From NCBI GenBank assembly GCA_010093605.1, contig MU004187.1:1186018-1250017 (forward strand): a stretch of DNA of 64,000 nt, given 5' to 3'. This document shows, piece by piece, positions 37,683-50,642 of the stretch. The DNA comes from Lophium mytilinum (taxonomy: Eukaryota). Both the position numbers and the translations under genes were made by a program. The notes under the pieces were generated by a model that made no database searches, was not told the origin of the DNA, and saw only the letters and a program-made list of their open reading frames with translations. Numbering within the stretch: position 1 is the stretch's first letter; every line of letters begins with the position of its first letter.

Positions 37683-39597
37683 TCATACGTAGGCCAAAGT
37701 ATGATCGTTCTGGAATTTGCCTGATCATGGAATCAGCAACTGAGGACTGAAATGTTTGGCTGGCAACATACCTGTTACACCTAGCGATACCTCGCCGCCT
37801 ACAACCGAGGGACCGCTGACGATTATCTCGCCCATGGATTGATCGTCCGTTGTCTTGTGCGAGGGAGTGTCCACAAGCTTGATCTCCAGGGAGCTTAATG
37901 GTAGACCAAAGTGGCTGTGCTTGTTTTGAGCGCCAATGCCTCTCCGATAATCGTAAATGTTGGTCTGCGCCACGGCACCAGCAACTTTTGCAGCAGTGAG
38001 CGCGTAGATAACCCTGGCACCTGTATAGATACGCAGGTCGGAGAGATCGTTGGAAGATAGAGGGGGCGTGTTTGCGCCGGCCCTTTCCGACACATACAGC
38101 AGCCGGAGCTTGCCAGGTTCTGTTCCGACAGCAGCTCTCTTTGGTGCATTCAGACGAGTAAGGAAAGTGTCTGTCGGCATACGGCCTGCTGTTAGCATCC
38201 TCGTTTCGAGATAATGGGCAAGCTTCTTCAGACTGCTCGTTATGGAAGACGTCGTGGCGCTGTGTAGTTTGGCGGCTGTTTCCGCCGAAGCGACGATTAT
38301 TGTAGGGGCAATATTCCTGGTCGCCAAACCTAGCTCAACTCCGGGAGCAGCAACCGAATTGATGACCAGAGTCGCATGCGAAAAGAGTGCGACCAGAGTC
38401 AGGCATAAAGCGTAGGAGTGCGTGAAAGTCTCCACGGCCAAGAACGTATCGGATGGAGTCATGCGTTGAGGAGATGGGAGTGCAGAGATGAGTGCACCAA
38501 TACCCGCAACCATGTTCTACGAGCAGGATTAGATGCTGATATTAGTAGCTTGCATGTGAGTCTTACCGCTTGGGTGAGCTCTACAATCTCTGCAGGCGCT
38601 CCAGGTTTCTCTTGCCAGATGAACACGAGATTGGCGGGCTTGGATCCCGCGGCCGTAGTTGGAAGCTCAGTCGAAGCAGTCTTCGATTCCTGGACAAGCT
38701 CGTGCCATACTGTCACGTCGACTTTCCCTCCTATGCCTTCTGGGACCTCGTTCCAATCCATGTGTCTACTCGTCTTCTCGACCGTCCAGATGAGCTGGCG
38801 GAGACCAGGAACTCCCTTGCTCACATCGGTCAGAGGGAGTGAACCTGCAGCAGCGACGAGCGAGTCGGCTCCAGTTTGGTTGAGTAGCTCCACTAATGCC
38901 GTATGAGGTTGGTTGTAAGGAATCAAAATCGGGGAGAATCCGTAGAAAGAGGCGGCTGGATGTTTACGTTAGCTATATATCACACTTACGGTCCCTCTGC
39001 ACCAACCAAAGAGAGTCGCGAGAAATTCCACGGAGTTGGGAAGATAGACAGCAACACGCTTCGCGCCATGCTCTTTGAGCTGCTTCCCAATCACATTAAT
39101 CTCCCGCGTAATGTCGGCAATAGTATGATCTGTAAGGTCTTCCTTGCCGAATACGGTCTGAATGCTCCCAGTTTTGCCTGGTGCACCACCTTTTTCCAGT
39201 GGGATTTCTCCAGTGACACGGCGCCACACGTCTCTGAGGTCTCCATCTCTTCCAGCGGTATACGCAGGCGCTCCGGGAGGTTTTACTGCGAGTCCGGTCC
39301 TAAGGCCATCTGGAAAACACTGTCAACACCGTGCGTATTGATCTTTTCAGGGAGACAATGCATACATCCGTGAGGAGTCTCTGGTGATCTGAACACGGCA
39401 GACTCTCCTGGCTGTCTCACATACGCTGCCACGGCCTGCCGGGCGAGAAGTAGCGGATGGATATCCGCATCTTGAATATCGAAGACCACCCAACCGAGGA
39501 AGCCGGCAAGTCCAATTGCAATGAGGGTCGAGTAAGTGTTCCAGCCAGAAAATAAGCTAGCTATGCCAGCGTCAAGTTGTTCGACTATTCCCGCCAT
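37683..39597 (-). CDS. ANL / acyl-CoA synthetase-like protein with a degenerate AMP-binding motif
   Basis: N-terminal TM segment, DIHPLLLARQ, VRQPGESAVFRS, RVAVYLPNSVEFL and HFGLPLSSLEIKL; multi-exon. Confidence 0.8.
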
Positions 39598-40028
39598 GTC
39601 TGCGAGTTACAAGAGCAGGTGTTGTGCATCAGTGAAGTTGAAGATCGGAGAGCAGCCGCTGACACCACTGAGGGAGGGGTGCATTTGCCGGTGACGAAAG
39701 TCCGTCCGGCATTCTGGACCCTGGCCCTTGGTTTTCTTGGCGCAGCGGAGCGGAGCGCTTTGTTCCGCTCTTGTCAAAACAATCCGAGCGTCGTCCTTCA
39801 ACTCCACAGCAACCAGCTTTACCCTCGCGAGTCTGCTCAACGACGAGCGATAGCAGCTCGCTGTCCGTCTTTCCGGACTACTAACCTACTAACCCAGCTA
39901 CACGACCCGCAGGATTGTCTAGGTTTCGTTGCGCGTGTCAGTAAGCTCATGTCCCCTTTCACTGTTAGACAGCTGCTGATGATTCGAAGCTCTTATCGAG
40001 ACAACATCGTGCTACAATTGAACCAACA

Positions 40029-40911
40029 ATGACTTCCCTTTCGCGCTCCGTGACGCGATCTGTGACTCCTGCAACGCCCTCGACTCCTCTAGGCCAAACA
40101 GCTGCGAAGCCTAAGCCGACCCCGGGCGCCTGGAGACACCCGCAATTCGATGAGATTACAAGACGGCAGCATGCAAGGACCTTCTCGGAGCAAAACGCGA
40201 CGGCAGCTCTCGTCAACGCGGCCTACCTTGTCAGCACATTCATAGTACCCTCCTTTGCTTCGGGTTGGAGGATATTGTACGTTTGCGCCTCCTTCTCGAA
40301 CCTGCCGACATACTGATTGCCGACACAGCTCCCCAATCTTCCGCCTCACGAGATCCCTGACACCATACGACTTCTACTTCATGCTAGCCGTACGGCTAGT
40401 GCTTCTCTACAGCATTGGTACACAGTTCTGGCCGCTGTTCAAGCCAAAGGATGACCTTTCCGACATTCCTCTCACCCCCTCCCAACGCGCAGCCATGGGC
40501 CTGGATCCAAACATCCGCACTCCCCAGACACCAGACTCCTCATACGTCACCCCGCCTCGCTACTCGCGCTCTACACCTCGAAGCAGCATGAGTAACAACA
40601 GCGGCCGAAAACTAAGCCAGTCTCCGCTCTCAGGAAGCCCACTCTCTGGCAGTCCCGCTGGGCGATCGAACTCCCCGTTCTCACCTTCGAGTCCACTATT
40701 ACAAAAGGCAGTTGGTGGTGGCGCTCAGAGACGGCTATTTGGAGTGGGTCAGTCGCCGCTGTCAACTAGCTATTTCGGAGACTCTAGCGCATCCAACACG
40801 CCAGGCACGCCCACGCCAGCACCCGCGCCTTCAAAAGCGTCTGTAGGACTGAACAACAAGTGGTTATACGAGAAAGGAAGGGGGAGTCCGGGAAGGAGTC
40901 TATTTGCTTAG
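40029..40911 (+). CDS. POM34: Nuclear pore membrane protein Pom34 (NPCC domain)
   Basis: TPGAWRHPQFDEI, two TM segments, DDLSDIPLTPSQRAAMGL and VGLNNKWLY; one intron. Confidence 0.88.
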
Positions 40912-41288
40912 TGGGCGAGTTGCATTGGTCTGGAGCTACGAGGAACGTAGGTACGGGCGCATACGGAGCATCGTTGCAAGGGTTACGCGCTCGATACTCA
41001 ATTTCAGTACATGCGAGTATGGCATTTAAGGGAAGACACAAGTGTAGATTCTCCCGGCGTGGCACGCGAAATACAAATAAAACCAATTTCAAACATCCTC
41101 CGTAGCATTACTGTTGGATTGTGAAATAGAGTTGAGATTTGAGATAATTGCACTCCAGCGACCCACGACTTGTATAAACGCCATAGCCCCAATTGAATGA
41201 ACTCTCATCTGTGCGTGTACGCGCTATTCATAATATACAAGTTCGCTAGGATCGCAGCATGCTCTGACCATCTCATATCAACCTCACC

Positions 41289-41815
41289 CTAACTAAGCCT
41301 ATCTCCCTTCTTGCTCCTCCACGGATCCGAGCTCTCATATTTGCTCTTCTCCCAAACCCGCTGCTCCGCCGTCTCGGGCTCATGTCTCGTCGGCGCCGGA
41401 TCATGGCTCGCCTCTTTGCTCGGATTTCCTGCGTCGTCATTGCTTTGCGACCAATCTGTATTCGGTCGTGATCCGCCGCTTGCGACGCTCTGTCTCGTGG
41501 TCGAGGAAGGCGGGACGTAGTGCGCTTCCATCTGGCGCTGCTGCTCCTTGCGCAACCGTTCCGCTTCGGCTTTTTGGGCTTTATCCTTGTTGATGGACTT
41601 TTTGGCGAAGAAGTAGGCGCCGCCGCCCGCGACGATGAGGGTGCCCCAGCCGTAGCTATAGCGTATTAGTTGTGAAGTTCGTGGGAGGGCAATGAGAGGC
41701 TGGAGGTTGGAGGTTAACGGAGGGGGGGCGGGTGGACGAACTATACTGATCTCACCTGGTGTATGGTTAGAGGAGCTGTAAGAAGTAGTTAAGGGACGGA
41801 GCTTACTGTATTCAT
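41289..41815 (-). CDS. Small single-TM hypothetical protein with microexons
   Basis: Exons 41815-41807, 41755-41742 and 41655-41289 give MNTVRSVYYGWGTLIVAGGGAYFFAKKSIN...KSKYE...SKKGDRLS. Confidence 0.8.
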
Positions 41816-42225
41816 GATTGATTACGCGGTATAAGGGTTGTGAGAGGAAAATTGGAGTCGAGACGTAGGTTGACATCAGGTCATCGAACAAAAGTTCAAG
41901 ATGCTGATCGTAGGGCTGAAAGGGCGCTAGTGGCGTTTCCCTCCCACTTCTCGACGCCCGTCGTGCTCCGGACACTCCCGTCTACAGGAATTATGATTTA
42001 TTTTCAGCCGGTTTGACACCCCATGTAGTAACGCCAATGGGAATCAAGATGGTGCAAACAACGTGTCTTGGTCTCATTAGCGCCTCTTGTAATCAGCAGC
42101 TTATCACCTTTATTGAATCCCCTATCCTTTTCTCACCCTCAAAGAAGAGGAAATGGTGCAGACCCCCTGCCCCTTCGTTTCCCTCATCACTAACTGGGCT
42201 CCCGCCAATTTACATCACAGTCTGA

Positions 42226-44557
42226 TTAACTGACAACACAGCTAGACATGCTGCTGCTGAAAGCCGGTGTGGGTCCGAATTGACTTTTCCACCTCTCGAA
42301 TTCCTTGAAGTCTTTCCGTCTAAAATACCACCTCATCTTTCCGCTACCATAAAAGACAACATATCTTTTCGTATCTTCAGTATCGAGCGAGACTGCCTTA
42401 GAGTTGACACATTGCAATGTTAGCACTACCACTCAATGACCTCTCAATTCAGCTGGAACAACTCTTCTCAACGTACCTTAATGCCAGAACCACTGTTCTT
42501 TCGTAGTGAATCTCCGAGGGAGCCATAGTGGCCCTTCAGATCCCAATCGGAGCTTCCATCTTTACGCCCAAGGACCCAAGTCCCGTTCGCACCGAGCGCT
42601 AGCGTTTCGACGTCCCTCCACCTAAGGTCTCTCATGCGCGTTCTAATTTGCTCCGATATTTTCCAGTACGTGCCTTCCCTCGAGAATCTTGCTACGTACG
42701 AACCCTTTGGTCCCAAGGTCACCCCTAGTAGGTCCCCCCTATACGGCTGGTCTTTCATTCTCCTGCAAAGTCCCGGATAGTGCTCAGAAAGGTTCTCGCT
42801 TTTGACTGTAAGGATCGTCAGCACTGAGACGACAAGCACCTACATTCATAATGTCGACCATCGACGGGAATTCGGGGAACCTTCTTAGTACTGGGAATAC
42901 TTACTCCAAGCTTTGCGACCACTTCCTTTGGTATACATAATCACCCAGCTATTTGATTGACCCATTGTGACGAGGTTCATGTTGACGTCTTTTCCAAGGT
43001 TTTTGACTTTCTTAGCTTCCACCATGTTCCTAGATATTCCAGTTATATCATTGACATTCAGGATGTCGCCACGCAGGCCGTAAGGTGAGACATACCATTG
43101 CTCCCATTTTGGTCCAATCAAACAATACTCGCGACCACATAATGCGAGAGACACATCTTTGCAGTCCATATACTTACCCGGATATATTGGGCCACCAAGT
43201 TCTGATGGGTCTATGGCTAGAGAATCTAGACCTAGTGACTCGGCGGGGGCCGAATCAAACATGGATCGCGATGAATCGAGGGACGAGGTATCGTCGTCAT
43301 ATCCACCGAAACCTGAATCACCTCTACGCTGACTACTATCCGTCTGGTTGTCGAAATTACTACGCCTTCTCCCCTGGCTCCGTCTTATTTCATCCAGTTC
43401 TTTCGCATGTTCTTCCTGCTGCTGCTTGAGCATTCGCTCCAGTTTCGCATACCGTTCTTCGTGGAGCTTCTCCATACTAATCTTCAGTTGGCTGCGGTCA
43501 TGTTCTAGCTCCTCCATGCGCCTGGAATAGTCGTCTTGTAGTTCACGCATAGCACGCTCTGATTCTTTGTCTCTCGCTCGGACAGCTTCCTGCATGCTTT
43601 CTTGGACCTCTCTTAGCTCTTGTGCAAATTTTGCCCTCTCCTTCTGAATCTCAAACTCCAACTCTTTTCCTGCTCCGGTCTGGTCCAAGGTCATGTGCTC
43701 ATCTACCATCTGAGACTGAAGAGCCAGCGTCACTCTCGATTCGCCCTGAACAAATTGTTCCAACAAAGTCATCGCCGCGTCGCGATTCGGCGTGTGTCTG
43801 CATATCCGACTACCGTTGTTAAGCATCCAGCCCCCTGCATCACATTAACAAGCAACCAAAGGAAATCAAGGGACGATTGCTTACAAAACTCGGGAGTGTT
43901 CTTGAGCTGGGCTTCCCGTCTGGCGCCCTCTTCCGGTGTGACACGGTCCCACATTGTCGTTGCTAGAATGACGTTTTTCAGCGCCTTCGGACCGCAAAGC
44001 TTCTTGAACATGAGCAAGTTCTTCTTGGCAGACCCATGCATTCGGATATCGCTAATTCGATGCAGATATATGATGCCATTTAGGTAGACTTTGTCAGTGT
44101 AAGACTCGATCAGCCACGACGCTATCTCCCGGAGCACTTCTGTGTCGGACCGATTGGTGTCGTCGAAGCCAGGAGTGTCAATCAGGTAGATTGTTCTTGA
44201 GTTAGAGTATTGACATTTGTAGACTGCTACCGCGCTGGTACCTAAACCATAGTCAGATATGTGCCTAGAGCCGTGTATTCTTGTTTTTCATACAAGCCTG
44301 GAGATCATGTCCAATTTCTACCTGCTGGCCAGAACAGAGCGAGATGAATGAGCTCTTCCCAGCTCCCGTGACTCCCATTACAGCAATAAACATGTCGTTT
44401 GCCCTAGATCGGGCGTATGTCAGGTTAGTCTAGCTCCCATTACAAAAGTGGGTGGAGTTTCTCATTCTTACCGCGCCTGCAGCCCATTCCTATACCTATT
44501 CATCTCCGAGGACGAGGCCGACGACTCCGCCCTCACTATCCCACTTGATCGGGACAT
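42226..44557 (-). CDS. AIG1/TRAFAC-like P-loop GTPase with coiled coil and a C-terminal beta-repeat domain
   Basis: IAVMGVTGAGKSSFI, LIDTPGFDDT, GIIYLHRI and LATTMWD, then an E/Q/R coiled coil. The start codon is uncertain. Confidence 0.85.
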
Positions 44558-45693
44558 TGCGACTTACGGAAGGGGTCCTGAATCATGACGATACAGAGGA
44601 CCTTTGTTCATACGGCATCCACTTCCCTACTGTGCGAGCATCGAGGTGGTGTTCATGAACCTGAGCTTCAGCCTCGTGAGGGGCAATTGAAGCCCGGGAG
44701 GAGCTGCAGATCTTATCGCATACAATCTACTGCAAGAGCATTCAACCTCATTGGTGGGTCGGTTATGAGGCTTGCAATTCTAGGACGCTAAACGACGGTC
44801 GCTTGAGAAGCGACAAAACCATTCGCATTAGCGCAGCACATCTTCGGGTATCTCGAAGAGTCGACTAGATTAAGTATAGAGAGACATTTCTATTTCTAGT
44901 CCGGTCTCATACTCCCCTCAACAAGTGCCTACGAAGAAAAGATCGCAGAAGAAACTTGAATTCGACGTTGTGGCGGCCTCAACCGCTGATATCTCCAACT
45001 CATCATTTGAAACAGCCCGAGAGCTAGCAACATGACTTCTGAGCTTCAGAGAACGGTCAAGATTGTTTCAGCGGGGAGTTCAGCTCAAATTGACTCTGGA
45101 AAAATGGACATGACTCGGGATACTAAGAATCTAGAGGTGAAAAGCCATCGAGCTTGCAATTGATTGCCAAGTCTAATCTTCAGATCTCGAAACCTGGCCT
45201 TTGGCGAATGACCTCGCCTTCGGGATTATCTCCGCCATGCTGCAGGCTGATAAGCTAGACCTCGAAGCAACTTAAGCTCACAATTGTCGTGATTGGTGAC
45301 GGTCTTGGCTAATCTGAACAATTTCCTATTTCGCCAAACTGGGTATCATCCAGCCTCGCGAATTACCAAAGCAAATGTACAAAACCAACCTCTGAGGTGC
45401 ATACCCGTTCGACTCTGTCTGGGAAAGTATCATCTTCTCCCGCTGACTAAATTTCCTATGTGCCAATGGCCGATTACTGCTCATATGCTACAGTATCTTG
45501 CCTTATTCGATCACGTAGACCGTTGTCACAATGTGCCTACCAACGCAAATCAAATTTCAAATTCTCTATATATTGTCAACAATGCCGCGTCTTTCAAGTG
45601 TCAACACAGCTTTAGCATCTCCTCTACAGCAAGCAGCTTCATCACCAATACTCAGTCTACGCAAAAAGTCTTCCCCTTCAGTCCTCAGCTAAG

Positions 45694-46865
45694 ATGCCTT
45701 CGGAATGGCAGATCCACAATGCTACTCCGACGAGCTGGACGTCCTTGGACGCGTTGAGTAATCTTCATCTCAACACCAACGTCCCCAAACCCACCGTTGT
45801 TCCCCCCAAGACGGCGCTTGTCCGGATGAGAGCTGCGGCACTCAACGCTCGCGATTTCATGGTTCTGGCACACGACCCCATCTACCCTGGAAACCATGTC
45901 AACGATCTCATCCCCCTGGCTGATGGTGCTGGCGAGGTCGAAGCCGTGGGAGAGGGTAGTCAGTGGAAAGTCGGAGACAAGGTCCTCGTGAACCCGAACT
46001 CCTGGATCGACGAAGGTCTACCCGGGCCGTCTCTTGATGACTGCAAGCTCAAGGGGGCAGACAAGCATCAAGGCACTCTACGCCAGTATGCTGTTTGGGT
46101 ATGTGTTTCTGCTTTGAAGCAAGAGAGAGAGCTAACGCGGATCTTCTAGGAAGACAGCCATCTCATCTCTGCGCCCTCGCATCTGACGTTCGCAGAACTG
46201 GCAGCACTGCCGGCTTGTGGTGCTACGGTTGCGAATGCGCTATTTCATGGGCCCCAGCCGTTGAAAGCAGGCATGACGGTGCTGACGCAGGGCACCGGCG
46301 GTGTGAGCTGTTTCGCTATTCAGGTAAGTCCGCCTTTCTTCAAAAGCCTTCGCCTTATAATCTAGACTTCTGACGTACATCTAAGGTCGCCTCCGCTATT
46401 GGCGCTACGGTGATCGCAACATCTTCGTCAGACGCCAAACTCGAGCTCGCGAAGAAGATGGGCGCAACGCATCTCATCAACTACCGAGCCCACGCAGATT
46501 GGGAACAAGAAGTGTTGCGCCTCACTAACGGTAAAGGCGTCGACCATGTCGTCGATGTGGCAGGCTCCGGAACTATCGAACAGTCCCTCGCAGCAGTGAA
46601 ATTCGGTGGGCAGGTCTCCATGGTCGGCTTCCTGACGGAGAGCAAGAAGACTGACCTTACCCTGGCGATTATCCTTGGGGGGAAGACTGTCCGAGGAGTA
46701 GTGAACGCCGGAAACAAGGCGATGGCGGAACAGGCGGCTCAGTTGATGGAGAAGCATAAGATTCACCCGGTTATTGCGAAGACTTTTGAGTGGGAGGATG
46801 CGAAGGAGGCTTTCGCGATGCTTAACGCTATGTCTGCTGTCGGCAAGATTGTGATAAAGATTTAG
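45694..46865 (+). CDS. MDR-family (zeta-crystallin-like) NAD(P)-dependent oxidoreductase
   Basis: AALNARD, PLADGAGEV, VLTQGTGGVS, IATSSSD and GKIVI; two introns. Confidence 0.92.
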
Positions 46866-47184
46866 CGCACAGAGGCTCTACTGATTCGATTTCCATAGAA
46901 ACCACAGAAACAATGATTTTGTAACTAAACCCCACTCCCATAAATGTTTCTCCGTTTAACTTATAACAAGAGTACGTGTTTACTCTGTTTTTGAGGCATT
47001 CCTCAACTGGATTGGTCTCGAGTCTTTCGCGAGGAAAACGGGAGGAGACCGGGAAAACTTGAGTATGTTCCTTCTGGAAGTTGACAGATGTATATTGTCA
47101 TACGCCTAAAGCGTAACAGTAGGATGTTCTAATGATAGAGAAACCTAGCTTGAAAGCTAGCACGGCAGGCCGTCACCCACCCCC

Positions 47185-47889
47185 TCAATTCCCCGACTTA
47201 AAGTACTCCTCCAACCACTCTCTCAATCTCTTCACATCCACATCGCCCTGCCCACCCTTCGCATAAACCCCAATCACAAATTCCCGCCGACTCCCCCATG
47301 TACCCACTGGTGGCACAATCGTCAAAACCTCCCCATACCCCCTTCTCCGCCAATAAGGCCCCACCCTATCCTCATTGCACATAATCCATAGCCTTAGCGC
47401 TTCAGCGCCTCCTCCTATCCGCGCCCTCAACGCCTCCTCAACTGCAGCACTCGCGCGGATGGCGACTCCTTGCCCACGGTACTCAGGTTTATCAAGGCTC
47501 GCTACGCATTTGACTTCCCAATCCAGTCCCTCAGATCCAATAGGCGCATCCTCCGCGTCGCTGGCGGTGTTCACACCGCTGAAGTCCGGCCAATGGGTCA
47601 CAGAAGCGGTAGCTACGACAGTACCAGTTTCGGCATCGCAGACAACCGCGCACAGTCCATCGTCTCCTAGAACGTCGGCGAGACCGGGGTTGACGGGGAG
47701 GGTGCTGGGGGGAAAGCGGCGGGAGGTCTTGTCCCAAGCATCTGGATCATGGACCTTGTGGCTGAGAAAAGCGGTGGTTATGAGGGAAATGGTGGCGTTG
47801 TTTAGAGCTGGTTGGGATAGGAGTTCTGCTTTGGTGAATATTTGGGTGGTGAACTCTTTCGGTGAAGGTAGGGGACCGGTGTTGGACAT
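47185..47889 (-). CDS. Putative GNAT N-acetyltransferase
   Basis: WEVKCVA..PEYRGQGVA (acetyl-CoA motif A) and YWRRRGY. Confidence 0.75.
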   Translation of the reverse strand: MSNTGPLPSPKEFTTQIFTKAELLSQPALNNATISLITTAFLSHKVHDPDAWDKTSRRFPPSTLPVNPGLADVLGDDGLCAVVCDAETGTVVATASVTHWPDFSGVNTASDAEDAPIGSEGLDWEVKCVASLDKPEYRGQGVAIRASAAVEEALRARIGGGAEALRLWIMCNEDRVGPYWRRRGYGEVLTIVPPVGTWGSRREFVIGVYAKGGQGDVDVKRLREWLEEYFKSGN

Positions 47890-48495
47890 TTTGTATGGAA
47901 TGGTGCTGAGGAGTGCTTCGCGACTAGTTAGCACAGATTCGAGAGGGCTGCAATCATATTTCTAACTCAGTTCTCGGATATAGGTGTGTACTTCGGAGGT
48001 CGGCTTGCAGAAGTACCTATGAGTCAGCTAGTCTGCCTAGTCATGATCTCACCTCTGATTGGCCAAAATGCTCAATCTTTTAGGAAGGTACGATCGCGCC
48101 ATGAGAGAGAATTTGCGAGATTTCTGGTTGGTTCAAGGCAATGCTAGAGATAGATGTGACTAATGTCTATTTCCAAAGATGTAACTTCTAGCGCATTGAT
48201 ATCTCTAAATGGCTATAAGTGGCCCCTTTAGTAGTAGAGTAAACGCACGGATGGGCATCGCAAGGAACGGTAAGATAAGAAGCAAGTGAGGCAGATCATG
48301 TGAAATTATCGATCTCGTAAGGAGTTCTCCAGAAAGACCGTGTGATTCATCAAGGGGTATCGCAATTTTAGCTAGAAGCTTGCCCATAGGACTGTCTCGT
48401 CCGTCGTCATGCCCTCGGTGCATCATATCGTATCGTACACCACCAGCAACGCCCTACTGGAATTCGACCCCTATCGCTTTCCACTTGCTAGTCGT

Positions 48496-48869
48496 CTAGT
48501 TGAGCTTCTTGTCTCCGACCTTGACAGTGCGGCCCTGGTTGCGCTGGTATTGTAGGAATCCGAAGAAGGCGATGGCAAGGACACCGATGATGATGATGTT
48601 TCCTGTGAGAAGCACGTCAGAATAAGTAGGCAGTTGGAGTGGTTGTGACCGATTCAGAGGGGCTTACCGAAGACAAATCCGACAACGCCACCAGCGAGCT
48701 CGACCATCCCCTTGAAGAACTCAAGGACCATGTTGATGGCGCCAGAGAAAACGTTCAAGATAGTTGCGAAGATGCCGTAGATGAGGTCGAAGACGGTCTT
48801 GAAGAGGGATCCAATCACCTCAAACAAGGAGGTGACGAGATCTGAGAGAGATTGGAAGATGCCCGACAT
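48496..48869 (-). CDS. Small amphipathic/membrane hypothetical protein
   Basis: Two exons give MSGIFQSLSDLV...VVGFVF/GNIIIIGVLAIAFFGFLQYQRNQGRTVKVGDKKLN*. Confidence 0.82.
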
Positions 48870-49232
48870 GTTTGCAGTAGTGTTTGGTATGGTGTTATTT
48901 GGGTGTAGTGAAGTTGGAGCGGAGAGTTAGTAGAATGTGGAGAAGTACCTATGTGGGGAGGACTGCGGGGAGGCTTTATGTGGCACAGCTGTGGCTACGT
49001 AACTCAGATGACGTTCTTCCAGTTCCAAGTTGCTGGCCTGTTCTTGATCTGGACAGCCACATCTGGGTCATCGCAGAACTGCAAAAGCCGATGACATCAC
49101 ACGGGAAAGAGAAGATGCGCAAATCTCAGCATGGCGCACATCTTTCATCACGACACTCGTTCCAAAGTCAACCTTGGAACCGGCCTCTGCTTCCGTCCGT
49201 CGTTACAACTCAGTTTGCACTCTAAGACGGTC

Positions 49233-50150
49233 ATGTCCTTCCGCCATGCACTCGACAGTGCTTTCGAGAAAGGGAAGGCGAAACTGAATGAATTCCAGGC
49301 GAACAACAACCGTCCACCAGTACCAGCCCGCCCGCATTCCAACCAGCCTCCTCCCGTCCCAACCTCTAGCAAACCCGGGTCCTCCGCGCCAGCTGCGGCG
49401 TACTGGCAACCGAATCTCAATGCTAGTAGAGCTGTAACAGAGGACTTTCGCCATGAGTTAGGCGACCATGGCTGGGGGAACAACGAGTCACAGAACTACA
49501 CGAACAACCCCGCGAACAGCTTCTACACCCCAGACGGCAAGCTTGTTGTACGCGCAATCGCAGACTCAAACCAGCAACAACGCTATACCAGCGCGCGCTT
49601 GACATCACATCAAACCCTCTCTCGCCCCCGAGGCTTCCTATCCGTGTCGATACAAGCGCCCTGCGCCTCTGGCATATGGCCCGCGTTCTGGTTGCTGCCC
49701 GCCGATCCATTTGTTTGGCCCACAGACGGCGAGGTCGATATTTTTGAATCTTGGAATGGGGACCTCGTAAACCACAGCTGCCTGCACTGGGGCTTCTTCA
49801 ATGGCGAGGACTGGAACAAGCATCGAGTCGTAGAAACGCACGTCCCGTCTATGCCACACAGCGTTCATAACTTTGGATTTGCTTGGAACCAGGATACTGG
49901 GAAGCTTCTTTGGTATATAGACGGTGCCCCGGTTATGAAGGCGAATATACCGCCAGGCACGCGGCCAATGGCGGATTTCCGCCTTATCATCAATGTTGCT
50001 ATGGGTGGTAATGTGTGTGGCGGGAAGCTACCTGATAATGGTCACTACGATCTTGTCCTAAGTGATCTGAAAATGGTAGAGAGCCCGGCTGGCGGTTGGG
50101 ATAGGTTTGAGCAAGAGTGGAATCAGGCACAGGAAGGGAAGGCTGGATGA
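49233..50150 (+). CDS. GH16 beta-glucanase-like protein lacking a signal peptide
   Basis: GWGNNESQ, YTSARL, GIWPAFW, catalytic EVDIFE and INVAMGG. Confidence 0.92.
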   Translation: MSFRHALDSAFEKGKAKLNEFQANNNRPPVPARPHSNQPPPVPTSSKPGSSAPAAAYWQPNLNASRAVTEDFRHELGDHGWGNNESQNYTNNPANSFYTPDGKLVVRAIADSNQQQRYTSARLTSHQTLSRPRGFLSVSIQAPCASGIWPAFWLLPADPFVWPTDGEVDIFESWNGDLVNHSCLHWGFFNGEDWNKHRVVETHVPSMPHSVHNFGFAWNQDTGKLLWYIDGAPVMKANIPPGTRPMADFRLIINVAMGGNVCGGKLPDNGHYDLVLSDLKMVESPAGGWDRFEQEWNQAQEGKAG

Positions 50151-50642
50151 TGATACGTCTATTGATGAATTATGAATACATATCAGAGACCTCCACTGCA
50201 AATTATATCACACAATGGACGAAGAGGAGGTATGAGAGAATATAGGAGGCAATAACATAGAGGGCAGTGGTAAGTACAAATCAATCTAGTTTATTCTGTA
50301 CACATATTCAAATTCCTGCTAGAATTCTACTCCTCATCATGAATACTGAAAGATGCAACGCATTATAACACGAAATTTGGATGGCAAATCTCTTGGCCCA
50401 GGGTGTCCATTCTGACATATCGCATCCCTCTAACTCTACAACGAAGTCATAGTTCAACAAAGGCATTCTTATACTTGTCTTTGTCTAATTGTATCTTAGT
50501 TCCGGTTCCCTTTGTGACATTATCCGCTTTGTCCTATTCATCTATGCTGTCATACACGACGGCCATGGTTTCCCAGATGTCTCAAGTTTTTGCCCACGTT
50601 TCATTTCATATTTCTGTATTAGATTAGGATCGAGTGTTGATC

